Source: Candidatus Hodarchaeota archaeon (GTDB taxonomy: Archaea > Asgardarchaeota > Lokiarchaeia > Sigyniarchaeales > SOKP01). From it: a DNA stretch of 43,682 nucleotides. Shown one piece after another: positions 27,007-37,712 of the stretch (positions are counted from its first letter, which is position 1; each line of letters begins with the position of its first letter). The stretch lies in NCBI GenBank assembly GCA_048887225.1, contig JBHLJY010000021.1, positions 1-43,682 of the forward strand, read 5' to 3'. The notes under the pieces were generated by a model, which worked only from the letters and a program-made list of their open reading frames with translations, did no database searches and was not told the origin of the DNA. A program made the position numbers and the translations under genes.

Positions 27007-28494
27007 TTAATCAATATCATCAAAACATAAAACTCCAGGATTTAAAACATTATTAGGGTCAAAAATCTTTTTTACTTTCTTTAAAGCAATTTCAGTTTGA
27101 TCGCTATGTCGTTTATATACTTCTTTTGCCCACAGACTATAGGGACGATTGAAGAAAGCTCCAGAATCCATTAAATTTTTGCTAATTTTTAGAAATTTCT
27201 CTTTAATATTTGGAACTGCTTCAATATCATTAGGATCATAAAATAGATCAAATTCACAGTGATACGAAGTTCCTTGGTTTATAGCTTGAATATAAATCCC
27301 TAAATCTTCTTGAAATCCAGTTTCTACCATTGATATAAATTCGGGAATTCTCTCGAAATTAGAAAGAAAGAAAACATCCTGATAACTTCCTTTTAACCTC
27401 ATTTTCCATGGTTCTGATGTAGATTCACTTACACATCTTAAAATCTCATTATCATTGATTTTATTAATGGATTTTCTATTTTCTAAATGGAGCTCTTTAA
27501 TAATCTTATTTATATCACCCTCTAAATATTTTAATTTATCATTTGCTAATTTTCCTCTCCCGGCGATAATAAAGATTAAATTCCACTTGGATAGAGTTTT
27601 TGCTAAATTTAAAATTTCTAGCGACCTATTTTTTACTAAACAAGCTAAATTTAAATTATTTAAAATAAAGATCTCATTGCATAATCGATATTTAATTAAT
27701 TCATGTTGAAGATCCATTAATTCTTGAATATTATCTGATTGTAAATGAAAAACTCTTTGAAGTGTTGGAATTAACTCTAATTTAAGTGTTGCCCATGTAA
27801 CTATTCCTAAACTTCCTTGAGCACCTTGAATTACTCTAAATGGACTAAATTGTGTTGGACCCATAGGATTTACATGAGCCTGTCCAACTTCTTGTAGCTC
27901 ATTAATTGTTCCTGGTCCTGCAGCGGTACCCGTTCTGAATAGATCCCCAGTTCCAAATATTACTTCAGTACATAAAAGAGGGTCGGAGCTATCCCAATGA
28001 TATCTAGGAATTGTAATTGGCTCTCTTTCTAGGGCACTTGCGACAACAGATTTATATTCTTTTGGATGTAATGGATGTAATAATCTTAATCCATGCTCTT
28101 TAAGCGTTGGAATTAAATCACCAAAAGTAACTCCCGGTTCTACCATAATAACCCTATTTTTTCTATCAATGGAGAGAATTTTTTTCATTTTTGAAAGATC
28201 TAATATTACTGTATTACTTCGATGAGGTACAGTGTCTCCATGGTGTCGAGGTCCAGTACTTGAGCTTATGGGGATAACTGAAAATTTTTCATTATTAGCC
28301 AGTTTTAAGATCTCTTCTATTTCTTTTGTGTTTGATGGCCAAACAACATATTCAGGCATTTTTCTTGGAAAAAAACTCATATCTTTTGAATAACTATTTA
28401 GTAAATCTGGATTGTTTGAGATATTTTTAGAGCCACAAATCTTTACTAACATTTGATAAATTTTATCATTACTCAATTTAGAAAACACTCTCAT
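27007..28494 (-). CDS. FAD-binding oxidoreductase, VAO/PCMH (GlcD-like) family
   Basis: PEYVVWP, LDLSKMKKI, VEPGVT, GAQGSLGIVT, VKKIFDPNNVLNPG. Confidence 0.88.
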   Translation of the reverse strand: MRVFSKLSNDKIYQMLVKICGSKNISNNPDLLNSYSKDMSFFPRKMPEYVVWPSNTKEIEEILKLANNEKFSVIPISSSTGPRHHGDTVPHRSNTVILDLSKMKKILSIDRKNRVIMVEPGVTFGDLIPTLKEHGLRLLHPLHPKEYKSVVASALEREPITIPRYHWDSSDPLLCTEVIFGTGDLFRTGTAAGPGTINELQEVGQAHVNPMGPTQFSPFRVIQGAQGSLGIVTWATLKLELIPTLQRVFHLQSDNIQELMDLQHELIKYRLCNEIFILNNLNLACLVKNRSLEILNLAKTLSKWNLIFIIAGRGKLANDKLKYLEGDINKIIKELHLENRKSINKINDNEILRCVSESTSEPWKMRLKGSYQDVFFLSNFERIPEFISMVETGFQEDLGIYIQAINQGTSYHCEFDLFYDPNDIEAVPNIKEKFLKISKNLMDSGAFFNRPYSLWAKEVYKRHSDQTEIALKKVKKIFDPNNVLNPGVLCFDDID

Positions 28495-28648
28495 ATTTTT
28501 TTTGAATTTAGCTCGAATATGATTATAAAACTTAAAATTAGAAAATTTTTATACTTTTCATTAGTAATTTTAAAGTCTTGATAATAAATTTTAAATTAAC
28601 TCATATTAATAATAAATACTATCTTTTATAATATTTTAAAGAAAATTA

Positions 28649-30061
28649 GTGTTTAAAATGAATAGCTATGATATAATTATTGTGGGAGGTGGACCTGGCG
28701 GTTCAATGGCTGCTAAAACTGCAGCTGAATTAGGATTGAAAACCATATTTTTTGAACGTGGGCGTAAACCTGGAGAAAAAAATTCTTCTGGATCTGGTTT
28801 AGGACCCCGTATGTGGAAGGATTTCCCAGATATGATGAAAGAGCTAACTCCAGAAAAATGTCCTTCTATGAGAGCGGGGTCTGCTGCTCGGTTATATTTT
28901 GTTAATAAAGAGAGTAGAGTTGCTGGTTATGTAATGTACCGTCCAACCGAATCAGTTTCTTATGAACCTGCTAAAAGCTGGATTACGATGAATTGTTATC
29001 GGAGCGAGTTCGATCCATGGATAGCTGAATTTGCAACTAATGCGGGTGCTGAATTAAAAACTTCGACTCTAATAGTGAACTTGTTAAAGGAGGACGGTAA
29101 GATTTCTGGAGTCGTTGATGAGCGCGGAGAAAAATATAAAGCACCACTAGTAATTGGAGCGGATGGGGCTATTTCAATGGTTGCAAAGCAAAGTGGATTA
29201 AGGACAAAATGGTCACAGGATCAGATCACAGTAGTCCCACAGTATGACTTTCAAGCACCTCCAGAAAAGATTGATGATATTATGGGGGATGAAACGCTTG
29301 CAGTGTGGTGGTCTGCTACATTTCCAGCATCATATCAAGCCTTTTTTAATGATGGATTTCATCAAGGACTAGGGAATTGGTTAAATAAATGGGATGCGAA
29401 TCCATTATTTTATCTAAATCAAGTCATAAATCTAAAGTATTACCAAAGATTGTTAAGAATATTAGAAGCTAAACCACGAGAGCTTCAATCTCATCTTCTC
29501 CCTTGGTTGCAATATCCTTACAACACGCATACAGATGGAATCATCCTAATTGGAGATGCTGGAGGATTTCCTTGTCCTCTTGAAGCTGAAGGAATTTATC
29601 CAGCAATGGTTACAGGAAAAATAGCAGCAGAAGTTGCTGCTGATGCAATCAGTTCCGGAGACGTTTCTAAAAAGCGGCTTTCAAAATTTGATGAAATGTG
29701 GCAAAAAACAAGTGTAGGAGAAGAATTCGAAGCGGGGGAAGAATTATATAATATATGGACAGCTTTACCTTTTAGTCCTAAAGAGACGATGACTTGGTTT
29801 ATTCCAATGTTCATGGAAGCGCTGGGAGGGATTTTTGATTGGTCACAGCCACATGCGAAACGAGTTCGACAAGTTGCAGCCCATATTAAATCATATATAC
29901 CACAAGCGCTACCCTTTATAATGAAATATGTGTTTCCGCTTGTTGCGAAAATTTTTGAGGATGATCTTGACAAAATGATGGATCCTCAAAAATTAATGAC
30001 TGCACTTCCAAAAGTAATGGAAATGCTTCCAAAAAAGAAAAAGCGAAGGAGGGGCAAGTAG
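28649..30061 (+). CDS. FAD-dependent oxidoreductase, FixC/geranylgeranyl-reductase family (start probably ATG 28658)
   Basis: DIIIVGGGPGG, RSEFDPW, IGADG, LIGDAGGF...EGIYPAM. Confidence 0.85.
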   Translation: MFKMNSYDIIIVGGGPGGSMAAKTAAELGLKTIFFERGRKPGEKNSSGSGLGPRMWKDFPDMMKELTPEKCPSMRAGSAARLYFVNKESRVAGYVMYRPTESVSYEPAKSWITMNCYRSEFDPWIAEFATNAGAELKTSTLIVNLLKEDGKISGVVDERGEKYKAPLVIGADGAISMVAKQSGLRTKWSQDQITVVPQYDFQAPPEKIDDIMGDETLAVWWSATFPASYQAFFNDGFHQGLGNWLNKWDANPLFYLNQVINLKYYQRLLRILEAKPRELQSHLLPWLQYPYNTHTDGIILIGDAGGFPCPLEAEGIYPAMVTGKIAAEVAADAISSGDVSKKRLSKFDEMWQKTSVGEEFEAGEELYNIWTALPFSPKETMTWFIPMFMEALGGIFDWSQPHAKRVRQVAAHIKSYIPQALPFIMKYVFPLVAKIFEDDLDKMMDPQKLMTALPKVMEMLPKKKKRRRGK

Positions 30062-30063
30062 AA

Positions 30064-30333
30064 ATGAGAATTGAATTAGAAGGACTATCAAAACATATTT
30101 CAGGAACGGGAGATTTTATTAAAATAGATCAAAATAAATGTAATGGATGCGGTATATGTGCTATAATATGCATTGTAAATTTATGGGGTATTAAAAACAA
30201 TGTTGCATTTATTAGAGATGATTACAAAGAAAGATGTTTAGAATGTGGAAGCTGTGGTCAAGTATGCGAACCTGGTGCCATAGATTTTAGTTATCCTGCT
30301 GGTGGCACTGGGATTGTATATGAAAAAGGTTAA
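30064..30333 (+). CDS. 2x[4Fe-4S] ferredoxin, FixX-like
   Basis: CNGCGICAIIC, CLECGSCGQVC, YPAGGTGIVYEKG. Confidence 0.88.
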   Translation: MRIELEGLSKHISGTGDFIKIDQNKCNGCGICAIICIVNLWGIKNNVAFIRDDYKERCLECGSCGQVCEPGAIDFSYPAGGTGIVYEKG

Positions 30334-30416
30334 TTTATATTTTTATTTTTTTTCTTGATCTTTCATTTTATTTAGAGAAATCACGATTTTTAATAGGGAA
30401 GAGATTAAAGAGAGGA

Positions 30417-31766
30417 GTGAATAACGTGAAATATGAAAATTATGATATAATAATTATTGGTTCAGGTTTAGGGGGATTAACAGCAGCAACTCTCCTTTCC
30501 CGTAAGGGATTTAAAACACTTGTGGTAGAGAGTAGAAGCCGCATAGGAGGCAGATTTTCCACATTCGAGTATGAAGGATTTAAATTACCCACTGGTGCGA
30601 TTCTTATCCCTGATGGTTGGGTAATCAAACTTCTTGAGGAGATGGGAGTTAATATAAATAATTTAAGACCAATAACAAGAGTGTATTACAGAATTAACGG
30701 TAAAAGGTATGAAATACCCCCTGAAATAGGTGTTCCTAAGGCGCTAGATATAATAGATCAGCTCGAGAGAGAAGATGCTGAGAGGAGGGGACGTCCAACG
30801 AAATCTGTCAATTTAAGTAAGATTATGCGTGGTTATTATAAGAAAATGAAAGGAATAACACGAGATGAAATTATAACCGTTCGAGATTGGCTCCTCCAAT
30901 ATACTGAAAATGAAAAGGTACACGAGGCCTTTGATACACTCTGTACTGGATTAATGATGGCTCACTCCTGGGAGCTTCCTGTTTCAAAATTTTTCCTTTT
31001 CCAGGAAATGACAAAATTTTTCATAGCTCCAAACGGAAATCTGAGTATTGCGAATGAACTTGCTAAAGTGGTTGAGAAAAATGGATCAGTATGGACTAAT
31101 TGCCCTGCGAGGAAAATAATTATCAATAATGGGAGAGCTACAGGTGTAATTGTTGAAAAAGGCGGAGAACAAATGAAAGTAAAATGTAAAGTAGTTATAA
31201 GTAATACGGGGGCCGAAACTACAGTAGATTTAGCAGGAAGGGAAAATTTTGATGATGAATATCTTAAAACTATGCGAATTAAGCTAAGACCAAGCTCATG
31301 TGTATTGGCTCTAATCGCAAGTGATAAGCCCCTCTGCTTAGAAGGAATACATGATGGGTTGGAAATAATAATGGGCTCGCGAAGAATTAAAACAGTAATT
31401 CCTATAAGCAATATCTGCCCTGAACTTGTTCCGCCTGGTCAACACCTTATTTATACTTCTGCCAAACACGAAACTACGCTCCACCCAATGGATGTGAAGT
31501 ATGAAATTCAACAAATCAAACGCGATATTAAAGAATTTTATCCGGATTTCGAAAAATATGGTCGATTTATAAAAATGAGAGCATGCGGTATTATAAATGA
31601 ATGGCCTGAGGGGCGAACATGGCTTGGTTATGGTATGCCATTGGAGACACCAATACCTAATCTATTTAACGTCGGTGATTCATGTGTGGCACCAGGACTT
31701 ATAGGAACTCCTGGTTCTGTTGAAAGTGGTTACCGGGTGGCCGATATCGTCGAGAAAGTATTATGA
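30417..31766 (+). CDS. Phytoene desaturase-family FAD oxidoreductase
   Basis: DIIIIGSGLGGLTAA, RIGGRF, TPIPNLFNVGD. Confidence 0.83.
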   Translation: MNNVKYENYDIIIIGSGLGGLTAATLLSRKGFKTLVVESRSRIGGRFSTFEYEGFKLPTGAILIPDGWVIKLLEEMGVNINNLRPITRVYYRINGKRYEIPPEIGVPKALDIIDQLEREDAERRGRPTKSVNLSKIMRGYYKKMKGITRDEIITVRDWLLQYTENEKVHEAFDTLCTGLMMAHSWELPVSKFFLFQEMTKFFIAPNGNLSIANELAKVVEKNGSVWTNCPARKIIINNGRATGVIVEKGGEQMKVKCKVVISNTGAETTVDLAGRENFDDEYLKTMRIKLRPSSCVLALIASDKPLCLEGIHDGLEIIMGSRRIKTVIPISNICPELVPPGQHLIYTSAKHETTLHPMDVKYEIQQIKRDIKEFYPDFEKYGRFIKMRACGIINEWPEGRTWLGYGMPLETPIPNLFNVGDSCVAPGLIGTPGSVESGYRVADIVEKVL

Positions 31767-31782
31767 ATCAATTTGAAGACTT

Positions 31783-32922
31783 ATGAAATGTGATTTCATG
31801 GACATCAATGATTTAAAAATAGGAAGAGAGGGTACGTTTATTCCCCCATTCAAAAGTAATATCAATATAGTTAAAAGCTATGAAAATGAGGGATATGATT
31901 CTATATTTTTTGCGGATCATATCTTAAATTGGGTACCAGAATCAATATGGACTCCAGATATTACGAATCTTGCCACTGTTTATCCTACCCCCCATCTGAT
32001 ATATGATGTTTTTTCTATGATGACTGCTACTGCTTTAAATACAAAAAAAATTCACATTGGAACGGGAGTTACAGAACCTTTTAGAAGGAATCCTGCGGTA
32101 TTAGCACAAAAATTTCTGACATTAGATGAATTATCAAGAGGAAGAGTGATTTTAGGGATAGGTACAGGTGAAAAAGGAAATACTGTTCCCTATGGAATAA
32201 AATGGGAGAACCCTGTAGGTAGATTAGAAGAAGCTATTACGATTATTAAGAAATTATGGGAAAGTGATAAAAAAATTGACTATGATGGAAATGTTTGGAA
32301 GTTAAAAAATGCCCTCCTTAGACTAAATCCTTTTAAGAAAGGAAAATTACCGCCAATATGGATCGCCGCTCGAGGACCTAGAATGCTTGATATTACAGGT
32401 AGATTAGGAGACGGCTGGTTACCTATTATTTTAAAACCAGAAGTATACAAGGAAAAACTTGGTATTCTTAGAAAATCCGCACAAAAAGCTGGGAGAGATC
32501 CGAATGATATTACTCCCGCACTAATTGTATGTATTATAACCGATGAAAAAAAAGAAGAAGTTGATAAGATGCTTGAAAATCCCATAACGAAAAACAATTT
32601 AATACCGTTATATAATGAAGATTTCAAGCCTTATGGATTATCACATCCTCTCGGAGAAGATATTGATGGAACATTAGAATTTATTCCTACGCATTATGAT
32701 AAGGATTCAATGCTGGAGATACTTGAAAAAATCCCGACTAAAATGTGTAGTGATTTTTATCTAAATGGTACCCCAGACGAGGTTATAGGTCAGATTGAAG
32801 ATTATGCAAAAGCTGGTGTCAAACATATTGTTCTCTTTAATTGTACTATATTATGCGGTATCAATAAAATTCCAAGCTCAAATAAGTGTATGAAGACTAT
32901 TATTGATTACTTCAAAAACTAA
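31783..32922 (+). CDS. LLM-class (luciferase-like, probably F420-dependent) oxidoreductase
   Basis: DSIFFADH, IGTGVTEPFRRNPAVLAQ, GRVILGIGTG, PPIWIAARGP, GDGWLP. Confidence 0.9.
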   Translation: MKCDFMDINDLKIGREGTFIPPFKSNINIVKSYENEGYDSIFFADHILNWVPESIWTPDITNLATVYPTPHLIYDVFSMMTATALNTKKIHIGTGVTEPFRRNPAVLAQKFLTLDELSRGRVILGIGTGEKGNTVPYGIKWENPVGRLEEAITIIKKLWESDKKIDYDGNVWKLKNALLRLNPFKKGKLPPIWIAARGPRMLDITGRLGDGWLPIILKPEVYKEKLGILRKSAQKAGRDPNDITPALIVCIITDEKKEEVDKMLENPITKNNLIPLYNEDFKPYGLSHPLGEDIDGTLEFIPTHYDKDSMLEILEKIPTKMCSDFYLNGTPDEVIGQIEDYAKAGVKHIVLFNCTILCGINKIPSSNKCMKTIIDYFKN

Positions 32923-32984
32923 ATAGGAACTAAAATTTAAAATAAAAAATTAAATATAAAACCCTTTTTTAATACTATACATTC

Positions 32985-33599
32985 TTACTCTTCTATAGAC
33001 TTCTTTGGGAATAATCGCTTCTTTAACTTTGCCAGATTGGTTTCGATATCATAATCAACTAAATCAACTTTATCTAATTCTTGAACTGCTCTTAAAACCA
33101 TCGCACCTTGAATACCAGTAGTATTTTTTATTTCCTCTCGAGACATCTCTTCTTTATCGCCATGAAGTGTTAATAAAATCCTAAAATGAGGTTGACCTTG
33201 AAAAATTTTTTCCAACAATACAGTATAGATGGATAACAATGCTTGAATTCTATCAAAATCTAATTCTTGTTCTTCCATTTCGGCAGCAATTCTAGCGAAT
33301 TTCCTCAATTCTTCTTTAACTTTTTTATACTCATCTAGCAATCTCATTTGTTCTTCTGTCATCTCGCCAATTTTTTCATCTCTTTCTTGTTTTTCTTTCG
33401 CTAATTTCTTCGTTTCTTGTTCCAATTTTTTTTTATCTAGCTCTAATTGAGTTTTTTCTCTTTCTAGTTTATCCCTTTCGTTTCTAATTTCAATTAATTT
33501 TTGTTTTGCTGCTCCTAATATATTTGGAATTCCTTTGACAGCACTTATAGTTTCATCAATTATTTTTAAGGTGTCTTTTTCTTCTGACATTGAAATCAA
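32985..33599 (-). CDS. Hypothetical coiled-coil protein with probable C-terminal winged HTH
   Basis: Heptad E/K/L-rich segment (about residues 25-115), then RILLTLH...MSREEIKNTTGIQGAMVLRAVQELDKVDLV. Confidence 0.6.
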   Translation of the reverse strand: MISMSEEKDTLKIIDETISAVKGIPNILGAAKQKLIEIRNERDKLEREKTQLELDKKKLEQETKKLAKEKQERDEKIGEMTEEQMRLLDEYKKVKEELRKFARIAAEMEEQELDFDRIQALLSIYTVLLEKIFQGQPHFRILLTLHGDKEEMSREEIKNTTGIQGAMVLRAVQELDKVDLVDYDIETNLAKLKKRLFPKKSIEE

Positions 33600-33676
33600 T
33601 TTATATTTTAGTATTAAATAATTTAAATTTATTTGTAGGATTTTAAATCGTAATTAAAATAAGGAATTTATTAAAA

Positions 33677-34903
33677 ATGGATGACGGTGAAAATTCTAAC
33701 AATAAACAAAAAATGATATTTGGTGTATCATTTCCTGTTTTCATAATGGGACTAGTTTCTTTTTTTACAGATGTCTCTTCTGAAATGATCCAGAGTATAT
33801 TACCTTTGTTTATTCTCTCTATTGGTGGGACCGTTTTAATTTTAGGATTAATTGCGGGAGTTACAACCGCAATTTCGAATATATTGAAAGGCGTTACAGG
33901 ATGGACGAGTGATAAAATTAACAAGAGAAAGCCATTTGTTGTTGCGGGATATACAATATCAAATCTTTCTAAACCATTTATTGGTTTTAGCCCAACATGG
34001 GAATTTATTTTAGGATTAAAAGCGATTGATCGCTTAGGTAAAGGAATTAGGACGTCTTCAAGAGATACTCTTATTTCTTATTATGCTGTTGAGAAAGGAA
34101 AAGCCTTCGGAATGCATCGCGCAATGGATACTCTAGGCGCCGTAGTTGGTTCTCTTTTAGCTTTTTTCTTTTTATTTATAGCATGGACCTATTCTCAAAT
34201 TATCTTCTTTTCTATAATTCCTGGTATTTTTGCGATTATTCTAATATTAACTATTAGGGAGGTTGATCCAATTAAATTAGATGAAACAAAGTTAAAATAT
34301 TATGGATATCCAAAAGTAGATAAAATTGATAAAAATTTTGTAAAATTAATTATTATTCTCGGTGTTATTGAATTTGCAAGTTTAGACATTGCATTTCTAA
34401 TAATACGATCTGCTGATTATGTAGAATTTATTTTCTTAATTCCTATGCTTTATTTGCTCTCAAACATTATTTATGTTATTTTTTCACCAATAACCGGCAG
34501 GATCTCTGATAAAATAGGGCGCAAACCTATAATAATTATAGGTTTATTAACTTTATTAATATCTTGTATTGTACTTGCATTTCCAATTAAAATATCATTA
34601 TTTTCACTATCAGTGATTATGCTAATTTTTATAATGTTTGGATTTTATATGGCTTCAGTAGATCCAATATCAAGAGCATATATTGCTGATTTAGCGGGAA
34701 AAAATAAGAGGGGTCGCGCATATGGCTATTATTACCTATCGGTTGGCCTTATCTCTTTAGTAGAATCAATAATTTTTGGCTTGATCTACCATATGTTTTC
34801 GTTTACATGGGCTTTTTTCTATATCTCAATTTTGTTGTTCATATGCATTATTATATTTATTGCGACAGATTTTTCTAAAATCATCAAGAAAAAGGAATTT
34901 TAA
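33677..34903 (+). CDS. MFS transporter
   Basis: About 12 TM segments; GWTSDKINKRK, DRLGKGIRTSSRD, GRISDKIGRK. Confidence 0.9.
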   Translation: MDDGENSNNKQKMIFGVSFPVFIMGLVSFFTDVSSEMIQSILPLFILSIGGTVLILGLIAGVTTAISNILKGVTGWTSDKINKRKPFVVAGYTISNLSKPFIGFSPTWEFILGLKAIDRLGKGIRTSSRDTLISYYAVEKGKAFGMHRAMDTLGAVVGSLLAFFFLFIAWTYSQIIFFSIIPGIFAIILILTIREVDPIKLDETKLKYYGYPKVDKIDKNFVKLIIILGVIEFASLDIAFLIIRSADYVEFIFLIPMLYLLSNIIYVIFSPITGRISDKIGRKPIIIIGLLTLLISCIVLAFPIKISLFSLSVIMLIFIMFGFYMASVDPISRAYIADLAGKNKRGRAYGYYYLSVGLISLVESIIFGLIYHMFSFTWAFFYISILLFICIIIFIATDFSKIIKKKEF

Positions 34904-34963
34904 TTGAGAGTTATTATTTGATTATGTTTAAGATTTATCTTTAAAAAACCTAAAAAAATTTGT

Positions 34964-36256
34964 TTATTTAATTTCACCTAAATCAATGCCTTTTGTTTCA
35001 ATTACGAATTTGTAAATTAATGGCATTGGTATTAATAGAAGAATGGCAAATAAAAGGAAAGCAACATCCAAGGAGTAAAAATATGTAATTATTCCTGCCA
35101 GTATTAAACCTAAAGTCGAACCTATAGCGCTGATTATACCTTTAAGTCCGGTCCCTGTTCCTCTTGAATCTGTTGGTATTAATTCTATAGTAATTATACT
35201 AATAAGAACCCATAATCCCCAAAAAGCAATATTCATCAAGCTTGTCCCTAAACAAACCAAAATTAACGCAATCCCAGGTGTTCGAACTCCGTTTATAACT
35301 AATAAAGATCCTATGAAAAATAAAGAACAATAAATAAATAATAGCGGTTTTCTACCAATTTTATCTGCCAATACGGCTGTTACCGCAAAACCCACTACAA
35401 CTGCTAGACTCATGATTGTTACTACTATATTGATATCTCCTTCTCTTAAATTAGGACTTTGTGCAATAAACAGTTCTCCTAATGTTAAAAATATATAATT
35501 CAATGCCCATATAAAGACGGTAATTAATATTATTATATATGCTATTCGACGGTCAGATCTGAAAATAGTTTTAAGGTTCTTCTTCATAACATTAGTTCTT
35601 TCTTTAGTTGAAGGTCTATTTTCTTTAACTTCTTGAAACTTAGAAGTTTCTTTTATAGTTAAAGCCACTAATATTCCCAATGGAATTCCTAACGCTATTG
35701 AGAAATATGTCATACCCCTCCAAGCGCCAACTGGAGATGATTCAGTAATATAAATCGCACGGAACACCGGCATTAATACGGCACCAATTATGCCACCCAT
35801 CAAGACTATATTTGTCCACATAGCTTTTTTTTCTGGAGGAGATTCCTCGTTAATATAAATCAACCAAATGTCAGAAGCGGCAAATATAGTAAGTAAAAAT
35901 CGATATATTGTGTATTCGATAATATTCCTCGAGAAAAGTATTCCTAACGAGGAAAGTGCCAAACCAAATATAGTTAACACTAATAGAAACTTTCTTCCAA
36001 TTCTATCTGATGAGTACCAAACGAGAAAAGCCACATAAGAACCCAAAGAAGCTATTGCTACAAAAAAAGCGAAAATTGAATTGGCGACATTCTGAGGGTA
36101 ATCTGATAAAAATTCTTCTACTATTTTTGAAGGAATTACAGAATTATAGAAACCTGTGTATGTATCAAGGATCTGGACAAGAATTAGTACGAATATCATG
36201 TATTTGAAATAAGCACTGGATCTATATGTTGAATTTTCATTATTTTGTTGAGTCAT
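34964..36256 (-). CDS. MFS transporter
   Basis: Motif A copies SDRIGRK and ADKIGRK; ELIPTDSRGTG; ETKG. Confidence 0.9.
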   Translation of the reverse strand: MTQQNNENSTYRSSAYFKYMIFVLILVQILDTYTGFYNSVIPSKIVEEFLSDYPQNVANSIFAFFVAIASLGSYVAFLVWYSSDRIGRKFLLVLTIFGLALSSLGILFSRNIIEYTIYRFLLTIFAASDIWLIYINEESPPEKKAMWTNIVLMGGIIGAVLMPVFRAIYITESSPVGAWRGMTYFSIALGIPLGILVALTIKETSKFQEVKENRPSTKERTNVMKKNLKTIFRSDRRIAYIIILITVFIWALNYIFLTLGELFIAQSPNLREGDINIVVTIMSLAVVVGFAVTAVLADKIGRKPLLFIYCSLFFIGSLLVINGVRTPGIALILVCLGTSLMNIAFWGLWVLISIITIELIPTDSRGTGTGLKGIISAIGSTLGLILAGIITYFYSLDVAFLLFAILLLIPMPLIYKFVIETKGIDLGEIK

Positions 36257-36353
36257 TATAACAATTTCATCGTAGAATTATTTATACTTTTTTATCCTAT
36301 GACCTAAAAATTCGTAAGTACAAATATCGTTTTTTTTGAGAATTAGAAAAATT

Positions 36354-37616
36354 TTATTTTTTAGTCCATAATTCTGCTAAATAGATTAAAACTTCAGTAG
36401 CTTTTTGTAAGGCAAGAGTAGGGATATATTCTTTTCTTGAATGAAACAATAAACCCCCTGCAAATATATTTGGTGTTGGAATTCCTATTGCGGATAATTT
36501 AGCACCATCAGTTCCACCTCTGATTGAGTGAATTTTAATTTCTACTCCTGCTAATTCAATTGCTTTCTTCGCTAAATCAACAATTTTTTGTTTTTTTTCT
36601 AGATATTTACGCATGTTTTCATATTGGTGCTTAAAAGCTTGTTCAATTTTAAGACCAGGATAACGAATTTCATACTTAGACTTTAGCTTTCTTAAGTATT
36701 CCATTCTTTTTTCATTATTCTCCGTTTCAAAATCTCTAAGAATTAGAGTAGCAGTGGCTTCTTCTTCGCTACCTTTAAGGCTCATAAGGTGATAAAAACC
36801 TTCCCTTTCTTCAGTTTTTTCAGGAGATTCTGCTTCTGGAAGTTCACTTAAAAATCGACTTGCGATGTGAATAGCATTTATCATTAATCCTTTAGCATAC
36901 CCTGGATGAACATTGAGTCCTTTAAATTTGATTGTCACGCCCCATGCGTCAAAACATTCGATTTCTAATTGCCCCATTTCAGACCCATCCATCGTATAAC
37001 ACACTTCGGGGAGCTTCTTTTTATTGATTTTCCTTGTACCCCTACCAATTTCTTCATCTGGTGTAAAACATACAACTATTGGTCCATGTTTCAATTCTTC
37101 TGGAAAATTGTTCCAAACAGCACACGCTGCCATAATTTCTGCGATACCTGCCTTGTCGTCAGTCCCCAATAAAGTATCACCTTGCGATGTAATTATATCA
37201 AGACCAATATAATTTTCTAATTCATGAGAATCCCCAGTTGTTAAGGTAATGTCATCGTTTTGAGCAAATTTTATATCGCTTCCATCAAAAGACTTATGAA
37301 TAACAGGCTTTACATCTTTACCATTTACAGCGGGGGAAGTATCTAGATGGGCGATTAGACCAATTGACTGTACATTTTCAAAACCTTTACTTGATGGTAA
37401 AAAAGCGTAAACATAACCAAATTTATCATGAATAACATCCTTTAGATTTAACTCTCTTAGTTCTTCAGCTAATTTTTTTCCTAAATCAAATTGATTTTTG
37501 GTAGATGGAAAAGATTTTGAATTCTCATCTGAAGTAGTCCATATTTTAACATATCTTAAAAATCGATCAACAACATCATTTAATAGAAATTCTTGAATTT
37601 CTTTTGAAATGCTCAT
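36354..37616 (-). CDS. pepT: Peptidase T (M20B tripeptidase)
   Basis: RFLRYVKI, AHLDTS, LLGTDDKAG, FTPDEEIGRG, VHPGYAKG, IRGGTDGA, FHSRKEY. Confidence 0.96.
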   Translation of the reverse strand: MSISKEIQEFLLNDVVDRFLRYVKIWTTSDENSKSFPSTKNQFDLGKKLAEELRELNLKDVIHDKFGYVYAFLPSSKGFENVQSIGLIAHLDTSPAVNGKDVKPVIHKSFDGSDIKFAQNDDITLTTGDSHELENYIGLDIITSQGDTLLGTDDKAGIAEIMAACAVWNNFPEELKHGPIVVCFTPDEEIGRGTRKINKKKLPEVCYTMDGSEMGQLEIECFDAWGVTIKFKGLNVHPGYAKGLMINAIHIASRFLSELPEAESPEKTEEREGFYHLMSLKGSEEEATATLILRDFETENNEKRMEYLRKLKSKYEIRYPGLKIEQAFKHQYENMRKYLEKKQKIVDLAKKAIELAGVEIKIHSIRGGTDGAKLSAIGIPTPNIFAGGLLFHSRKEYIPTLALQKATEVLIYLAELWTKK

Positions 37617-37712
37617 TTCAATTAAAAAATGGTTTTTTATTATGAATATTTATAACTCCTAATATCAATATAAAATTATCTATATACTTCATATACAATT
37701 GGTGTAAAAATA

